Below are positions 10,656 through 19,527 of a DNA stretch of 64,000 bases, one piece after another. Each line of letters begins with the position of its first letter. Position 1 is the first letter of the stretch. The stretch lies in IMG/VR virus record IMGVR_UViG_3300012665_000858. One strand, 5' to 3'. Position numbers and translations under genes: made by a program. The notes under the pieces were generated by a model that was not told where the DNA came from, did not search any database, and saw nothing but the letters and a program-made list of their open reading frames with translations. The stretch comes from an uncultured virus (IMG/VR IMGVR_UViG_3300012665_000858). Its lineage: Duplodnaviria; Heunggongvirae; Uroviricota; Caudoviricetes.

Positions 10656-12379
10656 GTAGCGTTAACGTTAATGGTTAAAGTGCCAGTGGTTGCTACTACA
10701 GTACCACTGGTACTTCCAGTTCTAACTTGAATAGAAAACGTTTCGGCAGGTTCGGCGCCGCCTAATGTAGCGGCAGTTACGCTAAACGAACCAGTACCGT
10801 TAGTCGAAGTAAACGAACCACTTACCGCAATAAAGTCAGCATTGGTAGTTGTTCCATTTAATACAGTCCAGAAGTATGTTCCATTAGGGGCTCCGGTAAA
10901 TGTAGCAACTGTACCAGCACCTTCATTGAAAGAAGTCGGCGTAGCCGAAACTGCGTAATTAGTTGTCGAAGTGTCGTTAACTGTTACTGTTGAGCTAGTT
11001 GCTAATATTGTACCACTGACACTGCCTGTTCTTACACTGACTGTAAATGTTTGGGCTCCTTCTGTAAGAAAATCAAGTATTGTTGTTACAGAGAATGTGC
11101 CAGTGCCGTTATCTTGTGCGCCACCCCCTGTAAGAGCAAACGATCCATTCTCAGCACTAAAGTCTGCCGCGTCGGTGGTGTTGTGATTAATACTCCAGAA
11201 GTATGTGCCGTTTGGTCCAAGATTGGCCGCAGTAAATGATAGTGAAGAACCTTCGTTTACAGATCCTGCCGCAGGTGTTACTGTCGGTGTTAGTGACACA
11301 TCAGTTATAGTGATTTCATCACTGGCTCCGAGAATCTGTCCAGTAATAGAAGTTGATCGTACAGCAACGGAAAATGTTTCTGTTCCTTCGGTGAATAAAT
11401 CCTTAGCAGGCGTTATATTAAATGATCCGCTATTACTGGTCATTGTAAAAGTGCCAGATAAGGATGCAGAAGTAAAATCAGATGTTGTAATTACTGTACT
11501 GCCAGACGCTTGCTCTATAGTATAATAGTATGTGCCGTTCGTGACGTTAGTTCCTGCAATGGTAAATGTAATTGCACTGCCTTCGCTACCTGTAAGAGTA
11601 GACGGAGTTACTAAAACAGAAACCGGTGTAACCGTAGGAGGTGTCGTATAAAGGACTTTATAAGGTGTTGAACTATTATATGTAACTAAGTTGTTAGTAA
11701 CAGTGATAGAGTTGGCACTAGAGTCTGTTGCTAGTGTTGTTGAATTTCTAACATTTAACAATAACTGTACGTTGGTTGCACCTTGGCTAGTTCTAGTAAA
11801 AGGAACACCTGATGGTTCAAATGTTGCAGTATAATAGGCACTCTTTGCTACACGGATATTAGTCATGTATCCTTGAAAGGTATATTGGTTATTAAAAACT
11901 AAACCGCCAAATGCCATATTGTAGGCAGATGCATCTGAATAGTTTGTAGCGTTTGCTCTGGCGGTGTTAGCATATCCATTTAAAAATATCCTCATACTGC
12001 CCGAACGCCTAACCAATGCAACGTGATTCCAAGCGTTTAGGGTAACTGTGTTCTGTGTACCAACATAAAAGTCATTGCCCGGAACTTGTAAAAATATTTG
12101 GTTTGTAGGCCATAAAAATAAAAATAAGTAACGCTGAGTATAGTAGTCTGCACCGCGTTGACGAAATAATGTAACGCCATTGCCGGCAGGACCATTATTT
12201 GCTGTGGGATAAATCCACATTTCAATAGTAAAGTCTCCTGTACCGTATTGAAATGCTGTGCCAGCGGGCGCTGTCAAATAGTCGTTTACAGAATCAAACA
12301 ATGCACTACCGCCAGTGACAACTCCGGCTGTTCCGTACGACTGTACTCCTGCGCTACCTAATGTAGATAATAATGGCAT
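10652..12379 (-). CDS. virion fibre/adhesin with LamG (ConA-like) domain and Calx-beta-like repeats
   Basis: GDFTIEMWIYP...WNHVALVR...GYMTNIRV LamG signature; three (S/N)EG....F...YFW/YYY...E.F.V.VRTGS repeats. Confidence 0.8.
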   Translation of the reverse strand: MPLLSTLGSAGVQSYGTAGVVTGGSALFDSVNDYLTAPAGTAFQYGTGDFTIEMWIYPTANNGPAGNGVTLFRQRGADYYTQRYLFLFLWPTNQIFLQVPGNDFYVGTQNTVTLNAWNHVALVRRSGSMRIFLNGYANTARANATNYSDASAYNMAFGGLVFNNQYTFQGYMTNIRVAKSAYYTATFEPSGVPFTRTSQGATNVQLLLNVRNSTTLATDSSANSITVTNNLVTYNSSTPYKVLYTTPPTVTPVSVLVTPSTLTGSEGSAITFTIAGTNVTNGTYYYTIEQASGSTVITTSDFTSASLSGTFTMTSNSGSFNITPAKDLFTEGTETFSVAVRSTSITGQILGASDEITITDVSLTPTVTPAAGSVNEGSSLSFTAANLGPNGTYFWSINHNTTDAADFSAENGSFALTGGGAQDNGTGTFSVTTILDFLTEGAQTFTVSVRTGSVSGTILATSSTVTVNDTSTTNYAVSATPTSFNEGAGTVATFTGAPNGTYFWTVLNGTTTNADFIAVSGSFTSTNGTGSFSVTAATLGGAEPAETFSIQVRTGSTSGTVVATTGTLTINVNAT

Positions 12380-12388
12380 TGTCGAACC

Positions 12389-14323
12389 TTAAGCGAATCT
12401 AGCCTGGCTAGCGATAACTGTATATGTGCTTGCGGCTGTTTTAATAATTGTAAATGAATAAGAATCAATACTACTGGCATTACCGCCTGTAGGTGCCGCG
12501 CCACCTAACCACTTAGGAGTAACGGCAGAGCCATCGACACTGAATGCAGTTGGATAAAATGCTGTGCCGCCTTGTTGAGCCAATAGTACTACTGTCGCAC
12601 TCTGCCCTGTGGTTAAGAATGTATTCATTGTTGTACTTCCATCGCCACGGAAGTTCAGTGTCCAGTTTGCGGAGGCGTTAGTTGAATAGTAAAATACACT
12701 ATTTGTTTTGCAATCTAATGTAGTTGCACCAGTAAGTGCCGCTGGGTTAACTGAAACAGTTTCAATAGTACTAGTGCCAATAGTAATTGTGCTACTTGCA
12801 CTGACTGTACTGCCGCTGATAATACCGCTGAATGTACCTGCCGTTAAAACGTTCGTACTCGGATTGTAGGCCAAGTCTACGTCAGTTCTAATATTTTCAT
12901 TGCCTGTTGTTGTATCAACAAATGTTAGATAGTGTGCGGCATTAGTTGATGTTGCCGTTAATGCTACTTGGCTCGCTGGTCCTGTAAATGCTGTTGCCGT
13001 AATAGTACCAGCACTGAAATCTCCGCTGGAATCTCTGAATACAATAGTTGAACCTGTATTAGTTGCTGTAGCGTTTGATGTGACAGTGAACGTTCCGCCT
13101 TCTGTTGTTGAACTTCCGGTCAATCCGTTACCACTTACGCCAGCAGTGGCCACATAGTTACCTGTGGTATCTGTGCCCAATTCAACTTTATCTGCGCCAA
13201 CTGTTAAGGCTACACTGGTGACATCTGCACTTCCATCGATACTAAATGAACCTGTTACGTCTCCGGTAAATGTTACTGTACGAGCAGTATGCCATTTACT
13301 TGCAGTGGCGGCTTGTAAATTTGCCACTGCGGTTGTACTGGCTACTGTGAATGGAGCAGTGCCTGTTACCACTGTACTTTGTAATGTGGTAGCCTTTACA
13401 TAGCCGCCGACGTTAGCGTTTTCAAATACTGCTAGGCCGCCTGCTGTTAACTTCAATGCGCCAGTAGAAGTATCACTGGATCCTGTGGCATTGCTGATTG
13501 TAATAGCGTTAGTAGAACTTGCACCACGGCCTGTTACATTTTGTAGTGTACTGGTAACGGCCAAATCAATATTATCCGACGGGATAGGTGTTCCAGTTAC
13601 CGAAGTGATAGTTGATATTCCGCCTAAACCATCTACTGACCCAACTGTAATTGTTGCATTGTTAGCAGGATTTAATCCGCCTGGAAAATTAGTTCCAAAA
13701 ATTGTTACAGTATTTCCAGAAACATATCCTGTGCCCGGTGTACTGACACTGGCCACATAAACGTTGTTAATAATTGAAAGATTGAATACAGCATTAATAC
13801 CACTGCCGCTGGTGGCATCCTGTGCAAATGTCGAAGGCAGTGTAACGGAATCTTGATAGGTAACTGTAAGTTCGGTGTGCGTTCCATTGGTCAATAATGC
13901 CGCAGACAAGTCTTCAATCTGTTCCTGGCTGAAGGGCAAACTAGGATTATTGGAACCTATTGTGATTTGATTAGAGCCAGTTCTAGTAATTAAGATTGGG
14001 CTTATCGGATCGGGTCTAAATTCAATGTCGCTGATCTCAGCGCCAAGGTCGCGCTCCAAACGTAATTTTGTTGTGCCCAACGGCACATAAGTTTGATAGT
14101 CCGGACCGTGGATTGTAATAGTATCTGTGGTCTGTCCAGGAGTTCCTGTGGCGCTATCTTCGATACTGAATGCAATATTCTGCCCTGCAACAATGGTAGC
14201 AGTATCTGTAACGCTGTCCGCTTCAATTTCAGTATCAACTGTAATTGCATTTGGAATAGTCGTAGTACTTTCGCTGGGTCTGAACTTTATCTTTCTAAAA
14301 AAATCGTAAAAGGCTGCTGGCAT
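12389..14323 (-). CDS. tail fibre-like structural protein
   Basis: Thr/Ser/Gly-rich; ARTVTFTGDVTGSFSIDGSAD fibre motif; modules shared with the 29485 and 19526 ORFs. Confidence 0.75.
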   Translation of the reverse strand: MPAAFYDFFRKIKFRPSESTTTIPNAITVDTEIEADSVTDTATIVAGQNIAFSIEDSATGTPGQTTDTITIHGPDYQTYVPLGTTKLRLERDLGAEISDIEFRPDPISPILITRTGSNQITIGSNNPSLPFSQEQIEDLSAALLTNGTHTELTVTYQDSVTLPSTFAQDATSGSGINAVFNLSIINNVYVASVSTPGTGYVSGNTVTIFGTNFPGGLNPANNATITVGSVDGLGGISTITSVTGTPIPSDNIDLAVTSTLQNVTGRGASSTNAITISNATGSSDTSTGALKLTAGGLAVFENANVGGYVKATTLQSTVVTGTAPFTVASTTAVANLQAATASKWHTARTVTFTGDVTGSFSIDGSADVTSVALTVGADKVELGTDTTGNYVATAGVSGNGLTGSSTTEGGTFTVTSNATATNTGSTIVFRDSSGDFSAGTITATAFTGPASQVALTATSTNAAHYLTFVDTTTGNENIRTDVDLAYNPSTNVLTAGTFSGIISGSTVSASSTITIGTSTIETVSVNPAALTGATTLDCKTNSVFYYSTNASANWTLNFRGDGSTTMNTFLTTGQSATVVLLAQQGGTAFYPTAFSVDGSAVTPKWLGGAAPTGGNASSIDSYSFTIIKTAASTYTVIASQARFA

Positions 14324-14348
14324 TTTAGGTATGTTCCTGTATTATCAA

Positions 14349-14379
14349 TATTTATGCTATGTTGGATTCTATATAAATA
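14349..14379. promoter_or_regulatory. divergent T4-like late promoters
   Basis: CATAAATA on minus (14349-14356) and TATAAATA on plus (14372-14379) between two divergent structural genes. Confidence 0.7.
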
Positions 14380-14386
14380 CTACACT

Positions 14387-16000
14387 ATGAGCACAAACAT
14401 CGATAAAATTCTCCAAGATTTAGGTGACGCACTGAAATCATCTGCCGCTGGCGGTACATTAACTAAAGGTATTCGCGATACTGCTACCCGTGAGCAGTTG
14501 ATTGTTACTGATAAAGGTGTACAGATTGGCGTGTTAAGTGCTGACAGAATTAGCGGAAACATCAACGTAGAAGGCACTTTAGGCGCCGGAAAGATTGTGG
14601 CCGCGGGTACTAGCGAATTTGCTAACTTAAAAGTTAACGGCAAATTAGAAGCAGATACACTGTTAGTTAAGAATATTATTTCAGAACAAAGCCTGGAATC
14701 ATTTACCAAATCAATTGCATTTGCATCTAGACAACTCAGTGATCTAGATGGAAAGGGCCTACAATGGGACAGTCCTGATGTAAGTTATCAGTTTGTTTTT
14801 AAAGCCAACCCTAGAAGAATTTTTAGCACAGAAACTATCGACTTGTACAAAGGTGCAAAGTATCAGATAGAAGGCATCGATGTACTTGAAAAAACAAGAT
14901 TAGGAAATGCTGTTCGCGATAGTAATTTACGCACAGTAGGTCCACTAGAAAGTTTACGTGTCACTGGTGAAGTTAATCTAGGTGACACCGTGTTTGTAAA
15001 TGCACTGGGCAGACTTGGAGTTAACACACAAGAACCAAATGCTGTAATCAGTGCTGTGGATAACAATGTAGAAGTAATGCTGGGCGTCAGCGATGAAACT
15101 TCTGCGTTCGTAGGCACATGGGGCAATAACAGTTTCAGCATTGTCACTGACAATACAAAACGTATCACTGTATCTGGAAATACCACAGAGTTTGGCAATG
15201 CCAAGAGCAAAGGCGCTGTGGTAAAAGTATATGGCAGATTAGAAGTTGATAGTATTGTATCTGATGTTAGAATTGAAAAGACAAGCCCTATCGAATTCCT
15301 TGCCAGCAAAGATAATTCAATCTTTGGTAAAGGTATGGTTTGGAAAGGTGAAGGCGGCACACGTCAGTTTGTGATGATGCCTAACCCAGATAGGATCTAT
15401 TCTACAGAAAGCATCGACCTTGCAGTTAATAAAGAATACTGGATCGATGGTAAACATGTTTTAAGCAGAACTGATTTGGGTGCCAGTGTTGTTAATTCTA
15501 GTCTTACTAGATTAGGCACACTAGCATCATTAGATGTAAATGGTACTGTAAATCTTTCTGACAGCATTACTGTCGAAGACAGCGTAGTTACAATTAATAA
15601 TTCAGTAACTATTAAAGATGGCAGCGGAACATTAAGATTATCCAGCAGTGGCGTAACAGCAGACAAATTCAGCATAGGCGAAGACTTTACAGTTGAAGCA
15701 GAAGGTAGTATACGTGTTGGTAATAAAGACAACACAACTAGAAATGTAAACGTCTACGGACAACTAAGCGTGAACATTACTAACCCTCAGGAAGATGCGG
15801 CATTTAGCGTCGACGGTATGATGGTGATCAATGGCAAACGATTTGCACACGGCATAGGTGCTCCCACAGAAAAAGCCTGGAACAAAGGCGATATTATTTG
15901 GAACACTAGTCCAGTAAGAACTAGTTATGTGGGCTGGGTTTGTGTAATGAGCGGAACACCAGGTACTTGGGAGCCGTTTGGGTTTATCGGCGGCAGATGA
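14387..16000 (+). CDS. tail fibre/spike-like protein with internal duplication
   Basis: Two GKG..W...QF...NP.RI.STE.IDL repeats; C-terminal W.KGDIIWN..P......GWVC..SGTPGTW motif. Confidence 0.75.
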   Translation: MSTNIDKILQDLGDALKSSAAGGTLTKGIRDTATREQLIVTDKGVQIGVLSADRISGNINVEGTLGAGKIVAAGTSEFANLKVNGKLEADTLLVKNIISEQSLESFTKSIAFASRQLSDLDGKGLQWDSPDVSYQFVFKANPRRIFSTETIDLYKGAKYQIEGIDVLEKTRLGNAVRDSNLRTVGPLESLRVTGEVNLGDTVFVNALGRLGVNTQEPNAVISAVDNNVEVMLGVSDETSAFVGTWGNNSFSIVTDNTKRITVSGNTTEFGNAKSKGAVVKVYGRLEVDSIVSDVRIEKTSPIEFLASKDNSIFGKGMVWKGEGGTRQFVMMPNPDRIYSTESIDLAVNKEYWIDGKHVLSRTDLGASVVNSSLTRLGTLASLDVNGTVNLSDSITVEDSVVTINNSVTIKDGSGTLRLSSSGVTADKFSIGEDFTVEAEGSIRVGNKDNTTRNVNVYGQLSVNITNPQEDAAFSVDGMMVINGKRFAHGIGAPTEKAWNKGDIIWNTSPVRTSYVGWVCVMSGTPGTWEPFGFIGGR

Positions 16001-16572
16001 TCTTTGTATTCGGCAACGGCGAATCCAGAAAAGACCTTGACTTAAATTGTATCACAGACCTTAAAGTTGGGTGCAATGCCATACATCGAGATCACTATGT
16101 TGATCATTTAGTGTGCGTAGATAGACGTATGGTACAGGAAGCATTAGACGCAGAGTTCAAAGGCAAAATCTATACCAGAACAGATTGGTCGCACTTTTTT
16201 AAAAACAACCCCGTAACACTATTACCAGACTTGCCTTACAAGGGCAACACTAAACCCGACGAGCCCTTCCAATGGGGCAGTGGACCGTATGCAGTATTAC
16301 TGGCCGCTATGTTAGATGACCATATAAATTTAGTTGGCTTTGATTTGCACAGTCCAAATCAATTTGTCAATAATGTCTACAAAGATACTGCCAACTATGC
16401 AGAATCATCCAAACCCGCAGTTGATCCTCGCTATTGGGTATACCAAATTTCCAAAGTCTTTGAATGTTTTCCTGATAAGTACTTTGTAGTTTTTAACAAT
16501 ACAGAATGGCAGATGCCCAGTAGTTGGCATTTGGCGAATGTTAAATTCAAAACTATTGACAGTCTAATGTAA
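15997..16572 (+). CDS. putative GT-B-like / DUF115-like protein
   Basis: FVFGNGESR, GCNA, LVCVD, SGP.A and LVGFDL motifs. Confidence 0.55.
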   Translation: MIFVFGNGESRKDLDLNCITDLKVGCNAIHRDHYVDHLVCVDRRMVQEALDAEFKGKIYTRTDWSHFFKNNPVTLLPDLPYKGNTKPDEPFQWGSGPYAVLLAAMLDDHINLVGFDLHSPNQFVNNVYKDTANYAESSKPAVDPRYWVYQISKVFECFPDKYFVVFNNTEWQMPSSWHLANVKFKTIDSLM

Positions 16573-16584
16573 AACCTATATACT
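16556..16584 (+). promoter_or_regulatory. sigma70-type promoter for queD
   Basis: TTGACA-17 nt-TATACT. Confidence 0.8.
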
Positions 16585-16590
16585 GTATTG

Positions 16591-16659
16591 ATAGTGGACT
16601 TCAGGCATTCATCCCACTTTAAATATTCTGCATGTCATTGCTAATCTTAGGAGATAACA
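16591..16659 (+). ncRNA. candidate cis-regulatory pseudoknot RNA in queD leader
   Basis: AGTGG/CCACT stem; loop GGCAT can pair with downstream ATGTC; lies between promoter and AGGAG SD. Confidence 0.4.
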
Positions 16660-17148
16660 ATGGCAAAATTTTACTCAACAAAAACTTACGGCAACGATCG
16701 CGGACTTTCATGCTGTTTTAGACAGTGGCGTAGTACTCATAGTCATTGCTCACTACTTCACGGATACTCAATTGGTATCAAACTAATCTTTGAATGCGAT
16801 ACACTAGATGACAAAAATTGGTGTATGGACTTTGGCGGACTTAAAGGATTCAAAGAATGGGCAGACTTTATGTTTGACCATACCTTAGTTGTTGCTGAAG
16901 ACGACCCAATGCTAGAAATGTTTGAAAAAATGGCTAGCCTCGGACTTCAAGATCAGGGCGGTGTTTGCGACTTGCGAGTTGTACCTGCTGTGGGCTGTGA
17001 AATGTTTGCCAAACTGGCTTACGATAAAATGGCAGAACTATTGGCATCGGGTAATATGAAATATCCAATCAACCCAACAGTAAGAGTTAAATCAGTTGAA
17101 GTGTTTGAACACGGTGCTAATTCGGCAATCTACGAAGGCGATGCATAA
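16660..17148 (+). CDS. queD: 6-carboxy-tetrahydropterin synthase / PTPS family
   Basis: HCSLLHGY, MDFG.LK, FDH, GCE and V.VFE T-fold motifs. Confidence 0.9.
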   Translation: MAKFYSTKTYGNDRGLSCCFRQWRSTHSHCSLLHGYSIGIKLIFECDTLDDKNWCMDFGGLKGFKEWADFMFDHTLVVAEDDPMLEMFEKMASLGLQDQGGVCDLRVVPAVGCEMFAKLAYDKMAELLASGNMKYPINPTVRVKSVEVFEHGANSAIYEGDA

Positions 17149-17162
17149 TCGAGTCACCGATA

Positions 17163-17858
17163 ATGATAAACATTATCTGTTTAAAGCACGGCACAAAGTA
17201 CGGCCCTGAATATGTAAACAAGTTATATAATATGATCACTAGGCACTTAACTGTGCCTTTTGACTTTTATTGTTTTACAGAGAATCCGAGTCATCTAAAT
17301 CCAGCAATTAAAATTAAACCATTACCCAAAGGATTATTCATGGGTTGGTGGTGGAAGCCTTATATCTTTAAACAAGGACACTTCCCCGATGGCGATGTAA
17401 ACCTGTTTTTTGATTTGGATATGGTTATTGTCGGTAACATAGACAAATTGATTTCTTATTTGCCAGGCGAGTTTGTTGGGTTAGAAGATGTAGGCAGAGT
17501 GTTTAGACGTATCCCACCGAAATTGGGCAGTGCCGTGCTAAGATGGCCCAGCAACCATTACAGCAATATTTGGGAAGAATTGGAAACCAATCCAAGTCAA
17601 ACCAAAAAGTTTCCAGGTGATCAGGACTGGATTTGGCAGTTACACAAAAGTACTATAAAATTCTTTCCTGAAACTTGGATACAGAGCTACAAATGGGAAA
17701 TAAGAACTAGGGAAGAGTTGACTAGGGTAGCGGGTAAAAACGTGTTTAAGACGGTACGTAGCCCGTCTATGAACCCGGATTGTAGCGTAATTGCGTTCCA
17801 CGGAACACCGAATCCCGAGGATGTACAGGATCAAATCATAGTTGACAACTGGCAATAA
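17163..17858 (+). CDS. putative GT-A glycosyltransferase
   Basis: KYGPEYVNKL, WWWK, FFDLD (DxD), GDQDWI, FHG.PNP. Confidence 0.75.
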   Translation: MINIICLKHGTKYGPEYVNKLYNMITRHLTVPFDFYCFTENPSHLNPAIKIKPLPKGLFMGWWWKPYIFKQGHFPDGDVNLFFDLDMVIVGNIDKLISYLPGEFVGLEDVGRVFRRIPPKLGSAVLRWPSNHYSNIWEELETNPSQTKKFPGDQDWIWQLHKSTIKFFPETWIQSYKWEIRTREELTRVAGKNVFKTVRSPSMNPDCSVIAFHGTPNPEDVQDQIIVDNWQ

Positions 17859-17870
17859 CTGTGTTATAAT
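17842..17870 (+). promoter_or_regulatory. sigma70-type promoter for uvsE
   Basis: TTGACA-17 nt-TATAAT with TG extension. Confidence 0.85.
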
Positions 17871-17900
17871 AGTAGTACCATAAACTACTTAGACACGCAC

Positions 17901-18920
17901 ATGATTAAACGTATTGGATTTCCTTGCAAGTGGATCGATACCGCAGAACAAGTCGATGGCATTAAACCCAAAGATGATGCTAAAAAATACCAAACTGGTA
18001 CTACCACGGTAGCATGGTTAAATCGACAACCGCGAGATATTGCGATTGCCAAACTGTGGCAATTAGTAGAAAATAATATTCAGTCAGCCCAATTATTAGT
18101 TGAACGAGTGGGTGCGCTGGATCCTGAATTTCGTATGGTTCGGCTAGGTAGCGATATGTTACCTGTTTATACGCAAGACGACTGGAAGTGGTTTTGGCAA
18201 GAACCTGATGTTCGAGCCTATGCCGAAAAACACTTTGCCAAAGTAGGCGAAACTGCTCGAGCTCTTAATGTTAAGTTGAGTATGCACCCTGGTCAGTTTA
18301 CTGTGCTGGCCAGTGTTAACGAAGGTATTGTAGGTCGCAGTATTGAGGAGATGGAATATCATGCAGATTTGGCCCGTTGGATGGGATACGGTAAATCCTT
18401 TCAAGACTTTAAAATCAATGTACACATATCGGGTAAACAAGGTCCAGCCGGTATCCTCGCCGCTCTTCCACGATTGTCTCCAGAAGCAAGAAACTGCATT
18501 ACCATTGAAAACGACGAAAACTGCTGGGGCATCGACTCAAGTCTCGAACTCGAAAAGCATTGCGCCCTCGTACTTGATATACACCATCACTGGATCCGTA
18601 CAGGAGAGTACATTCAGCCCTCCGACGATAGATGTCAGCGTGTAATCGATTCATGGCGCGGTGTGCGTCCTACACTGCATTATTCAGTTAGTCGCGAAGA
18701 TGTGTTAGTTGGGCATTGTCCCAATACCCTTCCAGATATGACTTCATTGCTAGGGCAGGGTTACAAAAAAGCAAAACTCAGGGCACATTCGAACTTCTAC
18801 TGGAATACAGCAGTGAACGAATGGGCGCTGAGTTTTTGGGATCAGTTTGATATTATGTGCGAAAGCAAGGCTAAAAATCTAGCCTCGTTTGCACTACACA
18901 AACAAGCGATTACTTCTTAG
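17901..18920 (+). CDS. uvsE: UV DNA damage endonuclease (UVDE family)
   Basis: LSMHPGQF, INVH, IENDE, LDIHHH, HYS, RAHS and MCESKAK motifs. Confidence 0.92.
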   Translation: MIKRIGFPCKWIDTAEQVDGIKPKDDAKKYQTGTTTVAWLNRQPRDIAIAKLWQLVENNIQSAQLLVERVGALDPEFRMVRLGSDMLPVYTQDDWKWFWQEPDVRAYAEKHFAKVGETARALNVKLSMHPGQFTVLASVNEGIVGRSIEEMEYHADLARWMGYGKSFQDFKINVHISGKQGPAGILAALPRLSPEARNCITIENDENCWGIDSSLELEKHCALVLDIHHHWIRTGEYIQPSDDRCQRVIDSWRGVRPTLHYSVSREDVLVGHCPNTLPDMTSLLGQGYKKAKLRAHSNFYWNTAVNEWALSFWDQFDIMCESKAKNLASFALHKQAITS

Positions 18921-19143
18921 GTGCTCGCGGAGCACGTGGCTTCTTAACAGCAGGAGCCTTTTTAGCAGCCGGTGCTTTCTTAGCGGCCGGCTTTTTCTTG
19001 GCTGGTGCCTCTGGTGCAGGCGCCACTGGAGCAGGTGCTTCTACTTTAGTTTCTTCCACTTTAGGTGGTTCCACTTTGAACGGGCATTCTGCCTTTGGTG
19101 CTTCTTCTTTAGTACTAAAAAGTTTTTTAATTAATCCGAACAT
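18910..19143 (-). CDS. small Lys/Ala/Pro-rich histone H1-like protein
   Basis: PAKKKPAAKKAPAAKK tail; AAGGAGG SD; TATAAATA on minus at 19166-19173. Confidence 0.7.
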   Translation of the reverse strand: MFGLIKKLFSTKEEAPKAECPFKVEPPKVEETKVEAPAPVAPAPEAPAKKKPAAKKAPAAKKAPAVKKPRAPRAPKK

Positions 19144-19168
19144 TATAATGTCCTCCTTGAGCAGATAT

Positions 19169-19456
19169 TTATAGTTTACTAATGTCATCTAGGCTAGAAA
19201 CAGTCCTATCCCATATGATTTTACGTTCTGCTCCCCTCTTTTGAGCAAAACGTTTTGGATCACAGTTAGCACAGCAATGAAAGAAATTGTTGTTTAATCT
19301 ATTAGGGTCCATGTTTCCTTTGTCTCGTTTAAACTCTACTCCACAACAATCGCATCTAAGGACCACAATAGTCTTTTTGCGTTCGTAGGTATGCTTATGC
19401 CCTAATTTACTAGTGCGAGTGTGCATAGTTTTTTCTGTATCAATACGAATGAACAT
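19169..19456 (-). CDS. small putative zinc-binding protein
   Basis: CDCC...CCANC; TAAATA on minus just upstream. Confidence 0.7.
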   Translation of the reverse strand: MFIRIDTEKTMHTRTSKLGHKHTYERKKTIVVLRCDCCGVEFKRDKGNMDPNRLNNNFFHCCANCDPKRFAQKRGAERKIIWDRTVSSLDDISKL

Positions 19457-19490
19457 AAGTTATTTACATTAAGGTTATAAAAATATCTGC

Positions 19491-19527
19491 TAAATATTGG
19501 ATACAAAGTCTTTTTGGAGTATTCAAT
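19491..19527 (+). promoter_or_regulatory. late promoter with RBS-occluding hairpin
   Basis: TAAATA 19491-19496; ATTGGATAC (19496-19504) can pair with GTATTCAAT (19519-19527). Confidence 0.55.

Noticed and set aside
14093..14386. Extended N-terminus of the 14093..16000 ORF
   Set aside because: Overlaps the opposite-strand gene; ATG 14387 after TATAAATA is more plausible
16591..16659. Firm call as a canonical preQ1-I riboswitch
   Set aside because: Loop and 3' tail do not match the consensus I recall; kept only as a candidate
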